DNA from: Candidatus Marinacidobacterales bacterium
GTDB taxonomy: Bacteria > Acidobacteriota > Vicinamibacteria > Marinacidobacterales > DATDRI01
Reading direction: 5' to 3'
Length of the DNA: 64,000 nt
NCBI GenBank assembly: GCA_965226495.1
Contig: OZ245365.1
Location: forward strand, 2,624,001-2,688,000
Both the position numbers and the translations under genes were made by a program. The notes beneath the pieces were generated by a model. The model was not told where the DNA came from. It ran no database searches and saw only the letters and a program-made list of their open reading frames with translations. Below, piece by piece: positions 58,810 through 64,000 of the stretch. How positions within the stretch are numbered: position 1 is the stretch's first letter; each line of letters starts with the position of its first letter.

Positions 58810-59664
58810 TTAGTTGCCCTGAGTGGAACCCTGGCCCGGGTATTTGATTTGTGTGTTGACGATCCCCAGCTCGACCCGACGGTTCTTGGCACGCGCGTCG
58901 TCGCTGGTCCCGGGTACCAATGGCTGGGACTTCCCGAACCCTTCTGTAGTGATGATGCCAGGCTTGATACCGGCTTCCGCTAAGTAGTCGCGCACCGCCT
59001 TTGCCCGCCTAGCGGAGAGATCCATGTTGTACTCTTCGGTGCCGATGTCATCGGTGTGCCCGTACACATAGATCTGATAGTCGCTGGAGGTGAGCAAAAT
59101 GCCGACGATGCGACTCAGAAGCTCCTTGTTTTCCGGTCGCAGGTGGGACTTGTCGAAAGCGAACTTCATGTAGTCGCTCCCCAGGTTCATTACTAACCCG
59201 AGGGCTGTGCGGCGCGTCTCGGCGACCTCGCTCAACGCGTCTTGGAGACGGTTGAGCTCCTCTTCGCGCTCTCGTTTGATCTTCTCCGCTTCCGCGGTCG
59301 CGACCTTCGCGTCTTGGCGTGCGCGCTGAGCAGCCTCTCTCTCGCGCTCCGCCTCGTTACGCGCCATTGCCGTATCGGTCTCCGCTTCCGCGCGACCACG
59401 TGCCGCCTGAAGCGCCGCGTCTTCGGCCTCGAGTGCCCTCTCGAGAGCTTTTTTTGAGTTCTCGCCGATCTCCTCTACGTGCTTATCGACACCGAGCATC
59501 TGACTCTCGAGCTCGGTGAGACGATTGAGTATGAGCGTACCGATCCCGATCAGAACGGCTAGCGCGAGAGCGGCCAGGATCCCGAGTGAGAATAACGGGA
59601 GCTTACTCTTCGTATTCGCCCCCTTATCTGGTGGGGTTTCCGACGTTTCATCCAATAGACTCAT
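58810..59664 (-). CDS. OmpA-family protein with TM anchor and coiled coil
   Basis: F.FDK, GHTD..G...YN..LS.RRA, NRRVE. Confidence 0.9.
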   Translation of the reverse strand: MSLLDETSETPPDKGANTKSKLPLFSLGILAALALAVLIGIGTLILNRLTELESQMLGVDKHVEEIGENSKKALERALEAEDAALQAARGRAEAETDTAMARNEAEREREAAQRARQDAKVATAEAEKIKREREEELNRLQDALSEVAETRRTALGLVMNLGSDYMKFAFDKSHLRPENKELLSRIVGILLTSSDYQIYVYGHTDDIGTEEYNMDLSARRAKAVRDYLAEAGIKPGIITTEGFGKSQPLVPGTSDDARAKNRRVELGIVNTQIKYPGQGSTQGN

Positions 59665-59840
59665 GGTTGTTCTCTCGCGGCGCGCCTTACGGATGCCTGG
59701 ATGACTGACGAAGAACGCTGTACGGGATCAAACTGTATTATCCGCATAATCGGCGGGGAATTCAATTTCTTCGGCGGGCCCTTGAACACATCTACTACTC
59801 AGGATTGGGGTTCCGGTACCCCATCCCGGTCATCCCGTCT

Positions 59841-59869
59841 AAAAAAAAGGGCCGGCGGGGCCGGCCCTT
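59841..59869 (-). terminator. Intrinsic terminator of the DUF2911 gene
   Basis: Minus strand: GGGCCGGC stem followed by T8. Confidence 0.85.
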
Positions 59870-59893
59870 GGTAGTGCAAATGTGATGACTGAC

Positions 59894-60403
59894 TTACTTC
59901 GCTTTGAACTTCGTCTTCAGTACATTCTTGCCCCACACGAAGTGGATCTCGCCGCCGTCGCCGGCGTTCGCGATCTCAATAGTGAACTGCTCCGTGTTCT
60001 CTCCCACGGTCTCCCAGGCAAGCGGGGTGGCACCGAGATCCATGGCGGCGTCGCGCTGTGTTCCCCATTGCCCACTTTGCTCGTTGATGATCAGCTCCCA
60101 GTTCTTGCCATCGCCGCGCTTCGCGAAGAGGCTGTAGGAGCCCTTGGGAACTACCAACGAATCGAAAACGAGGTCCCCGCTCGTCTCGAGCACCGTTGCC
60201 TTGTCAGCCCCGAGCCGCCAGACCGTCCCCTCCGGCGCTTTCGCGAGCATGTCCCGGCCGCCCAAACCGGGACGTCCGTAGTCGATGACCAGTTTCGCGC
60301 CGCCGACCGTTGCTTCTGCTTTGCCACGCGGTGATTGCGCGAAAGTCACCGCCGAACCGAGCGTCAGCATGATTACCATAGCTAATCCAACACGGGTTCT
60401 CAT
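59894..60403 (-). CDS. DUF2911 secreted protein
   Basis: QSP, IDYGRP...GR, VWRLGAD.AT, G.YSLF, GQWG. Confidence 0.85.
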   Translation of the reverse strand: MRTRVGLAMVIMLTLGSAVTFAQSPRGKAEATVGGAKLVIDYGRPGLGGRDMLAKAPEGTVWRLGADKATVLETSGDLVFDSLVVPKGSYSLFAKRGDGKNWELIINEQSGQWGTQRDAAMDLGATPLAWETVGENTEQFTIEIANAGDGGEIHFVWGKNVLKTKFKAK

Positions 60404-60574
60404 TCTTCCTCCTTCTCCTCCCCCCAATTGCATGAATATCGAGTTCGAATATAGCCAAAACGTGCGGCTCTCGCAAATTTGAGCTAGAATCCCCGCGTTC
60501 GTGGGGCGCCTGGCCAAGCGGATGCCACCCACCGCGTGTTTTGGCGCTCGTCACAATCTGAAAGGCGCGCGCCC

Positions 60575-61138
60575 GTGATTCTCTCACCCACCAATCCGAA
60601 GTGGCTACAGGTAGCGTTGGCCGATTTCGACCGGGTGATCGTGGATCACGCGCATTGCGAGAAGAAGGCCGCCGCGTCCGCGATGTCGCTCGTGGCCGCC
60701 TACCCTGACCGGCAACGTCTGGTGCGACGATTGAGCGCGCTCGCCATCGAAGAGCTCAAGCATTTTCGCGCCGTGCACTTGCGCTTGAGACGTCGCGGTC
60801 TCACCCTCGGCCGTGATTTCGGAGACCCCTACGCCCAAGCGCTCATGCGGTTGGTACGCCCCGGCCGCGGCCGGCTCACCGATCGACTTCTGGTTGGCGC
60901 TCTCATCGAGGCCCGTTCGCGGGATCGCATCGAGCTCTTGGCCGACGCCCTCGACGATTCGGAGCTACGGGCGTTCTACAACTCGCTCGCCGAAGCCGAA
61001 GGCCGACACGCGGATCTCTTCGGCGAGCTTGCCCGCCACTACGACGACCAAGAGGATGCCGAGGCGCGGCTCGCAACGTTGGTCGCCGCCGAAGAGGAGA
61101 TCCTGAAACGGCTCCCCATCGAACCGCGAATGCACTAG
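60575..61138 (+). CDS. miaE: tRNA-(ms2io6A) hydroxylase MiaE
   Basis: DHAHCEKKAA, EELKHF, DRLLVGALIEARS, E.RH. Confidence 0.88.
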   Translation: MILSPTNPKWLQVALADFDRVIVDHAHCEKKAAASAMSLVAAYPDRQRLVRRLSALAIEELKHFRAVHLRLRRRGLTLGRDFGDPYAQALMRLVRPGRGRLTDRLLVGALIEARSRDRIELLADALDDSELRAFYNSLAEAEGRHADLFGELARHYDDQEDAEARLATLVAAEEEILKRLPIEPRMH

Positions 61139-61141
61139 CCA

Positions 61142-61767
61142 ATGGACAGTTCCATTTGGGTTTGGCTGACTCCCACCCTCATGGCTCTTGTCTTTTGGGG
61201 GTTAGGACAAGGGTTCGTTAAGAAGTATATCTCCGAGGTCCCGCCCGCCCGTTTCTGCCTCTACTTCGTCTCGGAGTTAGTCTAGTCATCCTTTCTTGCC
61301 TAGGACTGGCCTACGGGCCATCGGACTCCGAGTCGAAGAAGGCCCATGGGCGATGGATCCCGCTCGCCGTCTCCGCCGTTCTAGTTTGGGGGGTCGCCTG
61401 GACCATCATGAAGTACGCCTACTCGCTTCCCAATGCCGACGAGGCCAACATGGCGCTCTTCAACACCATGGGAAGTTTTCTCACTCTGGGTATCTATGGA
61501 CTTCTCTACGGACGGAAGGGAGTCCACTCCTTCCGCGAGTGGTCCATATCCTTTTTACCTATGGGACTGATGGCGACTGGGGACCTCTCGGTAATCATTG
61601 CCGCCAAGACCGGGCCCGTCTCCATCGTCGCACCCTTGAGCGGCGCCTATCCGGTGGTGACCCTGGGGTTCGCATGGATGGTTCTCAAGGAACGCATCAC
61701 CCCGTTTCAATGGTTGTGCATTGCCCTTTTGCTCGTCGGAATGTTCTTGAGCCCAGTAGCCGGTTGA
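61142..61767 (+). pseudogene. EamA/DMT transporter with internal deletion and frameshift near 61270
   Basis: MDSSIWVW...LYFV then a stop. A second frame carries GVSLVILS...GPVSIVAPL...LKERIT. Confidence 0.75.
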
Positions 61768-61863
61768 TCCTTATTCAGAGCGCGTCTTGACCCTTTCACT
61801 TTGGGCAAGTTAAACTACGTTAACTGCTGTTTCCCCTCGTCTCATCATCAGCAAGGAGCGTCG

Positions 61864-62310
61864 ATGTTGTCTGCGCTTTGGTGGTTTTTGATCGGCCTGG
61901 GTGTCATGCTCGTCGAGCTGGCCCTTCCGGGCTTCGTGCTTATCTTCTTCGGCATCGGGGCTTGGATCACAGCCCTTTTCACTTGGCTAGGTGTTCTCGA
62001 CAGCCTCAACGCGCAGCTTCTCGCGTTTGTCGGAGCCTCCATCGCCTCCCTTCTTGCCCTTCGTGGCTGGCTACAGAGGACTCTACAGGGTCGCGTGTCG
62101 GACCAGGAGCTCTCGGAAACGCGCCTCGACGACTTCGTCGGGAACAAGGCCAGAGTCGCCGTCGCCATCTCTCCCGATAGCACCGACGGGCGCGTCGACT
62201 TCCGTGGCACGCAGTGGGCGGCGTCTGCCAAGGTCGCGATCCCTGCCGAGACGACGGTCCGGATCGTCTCGAAGGACAATCTGACCCTTCAAGTCAAACC
62301 CATTAGTTAG
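61864..62310 (+). CDS. NfeD family protein
   Basis: EL.LPGF.L.FFG.GA and GRV.FRGT.W.A, directly upstream of an SPFH gene. Confidence 0.88.
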   Translation: MLSALWWFLIGLGVMLVELALPGFVLIFFGIGAWITALFTWLGVLDSLNAQLLAFVGASIASLLALRGWLQRTLQGRVSDQELSETRLDDFVGNKARVAVAISPDSTDGRVDFRGTQWAASAKVAIPAETTVRIVSKDNLTLQVKPIS

Positions 62311-62320
62311 GAGAATAATC

Positions 62321-63265
62321 ATGGATACCTTTGCCCTTTTTGTCCTCGTCCTCGTCGTCCTGATCGTGATCGTGCGCACTGCCCGAATCGTACCCCAACG
62401 CTCGGCGTACATCGTCCAACGGCTCGGACGTTACTCGAAGACTCTGGGTGCCGGGTTTCATCTGCTGATTCCATTCGTCGACAAGGTCGCCTACAAGCAC
62501 ACCTTGAAAGAAAGCGCCCTCGATGTTCCTCCACAAGTATGCATCACCCGAGACAATATCCAAGTCGAAGTGGACGGCGTTCTCTATATGCAAGTAATGG
62601 ATCCGGTCAAGGCCTCCTACGGCATCACCAACTATATTTGGGCGTCGACCCAGCTGGCGCAAACGACCATGCGCTCCGAAATCGGAAAGATGGAGCTCGA
62701 TCGAACCTTCGAGGAGCGAAATCTCATCAACAAGGCTATCGTTGACGCCGTCGACCGCGCCTCCGACCCGTGGGGAATCAAGATCACGCGTTACGAGATC
62801 AAGAACATCGTCCCTCCTCAATCGATCAAAGACGCGATGGAGAAGCAGATGCGGGCCGAGCGTGAAAAGCGCGCCCAAATCGCCGAATCGGAAGGAGACC
62901 GTCAGGCCAAGATCAATCGAGCCGAAGGTGACAAACAAAAAGCCATTGCGCTCTCGGAAGGTGAAATGCAAAAGCGGATCAACGAGGCGGAGGGACAGGG
63001 GCAGGAAATCTTGCGCATCGCGAACGCCACCGCAGAGGGAATCCGACAGATCGCGGCGTCTATTCGTGAGCCGGGGGGGACGGATGCCGTCAGCCTGCGC
63101 ATCGCGCAGCAGTACTTAGAAGAGTTCGGCAAACTCGCCAGCACCAACAACACTTTGATCATTCCATCCGACTTGTCGGACGTGTCAGGGATAGTGGCTG
63201 CGCTAGGTAAGGTGTTCGATCGAGTGAAAGCGGCTCAGGCGCCTCCGCCGCCGGCGTCGAAGTAG
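62321..63265 (+). CDS. Stomatin-like SPFH protein (QmcA-like)
   Basis: RLG.Y, QVCITRDN, QLAQTTMRS.IG, QMRAEREKRA. Confidence 0.93.
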   Translation: MDTFALFVLVLVVLIVIVRTARIVPQRSAYIVQRLGRYSKTLGAGFHLLIPFVDKVAYKHTLKESALDVPPQVCITRDNIQVEVDGVLYMQVMDPVKASYGITNYIWASTQLAQTTMRSEIGKMELDRTFEERNLINKAIVDAVDRASDPWGIKITRYEIKNIVPPQSIKDAMEKQMRAEREKRAQIAESEGDRQAKINRAEGDKQKAIALSEGEMQKRINEAEGQGQEILRIANATAEGIRQIAASIREPGGTDAVSLRIAQQYLEEFGKLASTNNTLIIPSDLSDVSGIVAALGKVFDRVKAAQAPPPPASK

Positions 63266-63710
63266 GTATGCGTTCCCCGGAAATCCATGGAACCGTCGAC
63301 GAGCTCGCCCTCGACCTGGATGAGTCCACCGCCGGAACCCATCCACACCTGGATCCATTTCCGTTTTCCCGGATCGAAGTAGTTGATGCTTTTGCCGGTA
63401 CCACCCCCAGCGCTGGTCCAGTTTTCGACGAGCATGCAACCTTGACCGCCGTCGCCAACCATTCGAACGCTTTTTCACGGTCGCTCAATGCCGCATAGCT
63501 CGCTGCCACGTTGTATCCAACGATCGCCGTCGGCACTCCGTTCTGCTCGGCGTTCTCGTACGCATCTAGGGCTTGCTGGTACTTCCCAAGACGATGAAGG
63601 GCAACACCCAGCCGAAATTGGGCCCTGGCGTTTTTCGGCTCGCGTTTCGCGATTGTCCCATAGGCTTCCACCGCACCCGGCCAGTTTTCTGCCTGGTAAA
63701 GGTCTGGACT
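63266..63710 (-). pseudogene. Fragments of a TPR-containing exported protein
   Basis: TPR-like AQFRLGVALH...YNVAASYA joined out of frame to GCMLVENW..GKSINYFDP..W.Q.W. No intact start or end. Confidence 0.65.
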
Positions 63711-63813
63711 TAAAGGGACAACTGCTCCTTATGAGCGGATAGCCAGACGAGTCACCTCGGGAAGCACTTGTTTCCAAGTCCTTCCTAGAGTAAAAACTGG
63801 AAGTCGCGCCCAT

Positions 63814-64000
63814 ATGCCAAACCAGCACCGTGAATCTGCGACCCTTCGTTTCGGGTCCTTCGAGATGGATCTCCGAAGTGAAGAGCTCCGCAAACAAGGC
63901 ACCCTGCTCGAGCTGCCCCCTCAGCCGTTCAAGGTCCTCGCGATTCTGGCTCAGAACCAAGGGCAGATCGTCACCCGCGAGGAACTTCAGCGACGTCTCT
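63814..64000 (+). CDS. CadC/OmpR-type winged-helix regulator, truncated by the window end
   Basis: RFGSFEMDL...ELRK.G....L.PQPFKVL..L....G.IVTREEL. Confidence 0.85.
   Translation, partial: MPNQHRESATLRFGSFEMDLRSEELRKQGTLLELPPQPFKVLAILAQNQGQIVTREELQRRL

Noticed and set aside
1-64000. Many antisense or overlapping ORFs, tRNA, rRNA, CRISPR, prophage and defence systems
   Set aside because: The shadow ORFs are expected in high-GC coding DNA, and no supporting motifs for the other features were seen by eye.

Overview
64 kb of a GC-rich bacterial chromosome. The gene repertoire (CadC-type wHTH, DUF2911, PEGA, DUF1028, DUF4388) suggests Acidobacteriota, which is an inference. It is mostly transport, hydrolase and envelope genes: an RND efflux operon, LemA, PilT, DacB, pncA/pncB, miaE, NfeD/SPFH and an MBOAT-AlgJ acetylation operon ending in an MltF-like transglycosylase. 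Features the ORF track does not explain: (i) an ECF sigma/zinc anti-sigma pair surrounded by three copies of a bipartite promoter-like motif, GTAAGAA-N14-GCACTCA, defining a candidate local regulon that includes a small unannotated transcription unit; (ii) a UxxC selenoprotein split at an in-frame UGA; (iii) a 180-bp MITE with TTAG duplication that splits a ~1,034-aa secreted LamG protein; (iv) three copies of one IS256-family element, two of them disrupting genes, plus an IS1182/IS5-like element sitting in a hairpin; (v) two families of REP-like repeats; (vi) a cluster of apparent deletion scars at 50-64 kb. Scattered 1-2 nt frameshifts suggest some consensus or sequencing error. No rRNA, tRNA or CRISPR array was seen. 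All family calls come from motif recognition by eye, with no database searches.
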